Of a stretch of 20,399 bases of DNA, positions 20,015 to 20,399 are shown one piece after another (the first letter of the stretch is position 1; each line of letters begins with the position of its first letter). Below the pieces are notes generated by a model, which made no database searches, was not told the DNA's origin, and was given only the letters and a program-made list of their open reading frames with translations. Source of the DNA: a virus; UHGV virus genome UHGV-0020221. The stretch is one strand, 5' to 3'. A program made the translations under genes and the position numbers.

Positions 20015-20399
20015 CATCAAGCCAATCCGCCCACCACTGCATCATTTCTCTGCGCTTAACGTAGTTGATGCATCACTATCACCCTGTAATGGCTTATTAC
20101 TGGTTTGCAGACAGGTAGGCATGAACATATGCCTGCGCATGAAGATGGAACTAGTCCGGATGCGATATTTTTGGTGATCACGTACATCATCAACGAAGTG
20201 CGTTATGGTGAGTTTGATGACTACCCGCTGAAGTGAAAATTGTGTTGTGTACCAAATTGCGTACCAAACTAAAATCACAAATCATGAAACCCTTGTTCAT
20301 GGCGGTTCTCAGGGGTGTTGCGCGTAATCGTGAAACAAAAAGGTAGATTGTTGCTTACCGTCATTCATCATTAGGTTAAATCCGTTATTTCTGCTGTCT

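Noticed and set aside
20042-20278. 78-aa minus-strand ORF and an overlapping 35-codon plus-strand ORF (20129-20236)
   Set aside because: The minus ORF needs a GTG start inside a direct repeat, has no Shine-Dalgarno and is of odd composition; the plus ORF is short with no support. Neither can be backed from sequence alone.
20360-20399. tRNA-like T-loop resemblance (GGTTAAATCC) at the very end of the window
   Set aside because: No complementary T-stem or acceptor stem could be built around it within the window; a weak resemblance, insufficient to call a tRNA fragment or att core.

Overview
This window is the late (lysis, head, tail) region of a P22-like temperate podovirus (Lederbergvirus-type) of an enterobacterial host, probably a prophage, all called from reading the sequence and from recollection of P22, with no searches run. 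It runs from the 3' end of the endolysin gene through Rz/Rz1, an Rha-family gene and a small ORF, then small and large terminase, portal, scaffold, coat, the gene 4/10/26 tail accessory proteins, gene 14, the three ejection proteins (7/20/16) and the tailspike. Gene order, overlapping stop/start junctions and protein lengths match P22 closely. The most interesting part is an AT-rich accessory island between the last ejection-protein gene and the tailspike (15946-17535), where P22 carries sieA and immI. Here it holds a divergent pair, an outer-membrane-type lipoprotein and a small cytoplasmic HExxH metalloprotein, next to a small basic ORF and an mnt repressor gene. arc and ant are missing, so the Mnt operator palindrome sits directly upstream of the tailspike gene. 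Other notable features are a 98-aa ORF inserted between coat and gene 4 carrying a perfect (GAGCCA)13 Glu-Pro repeat, a long-form tail needle, a mosaic tailspike with an AT-rich beta-helix receptor domain, and a small membrane protein after the tailspike. No rRNA, tRNA, CRISPR array, integrase or transposase is visible.
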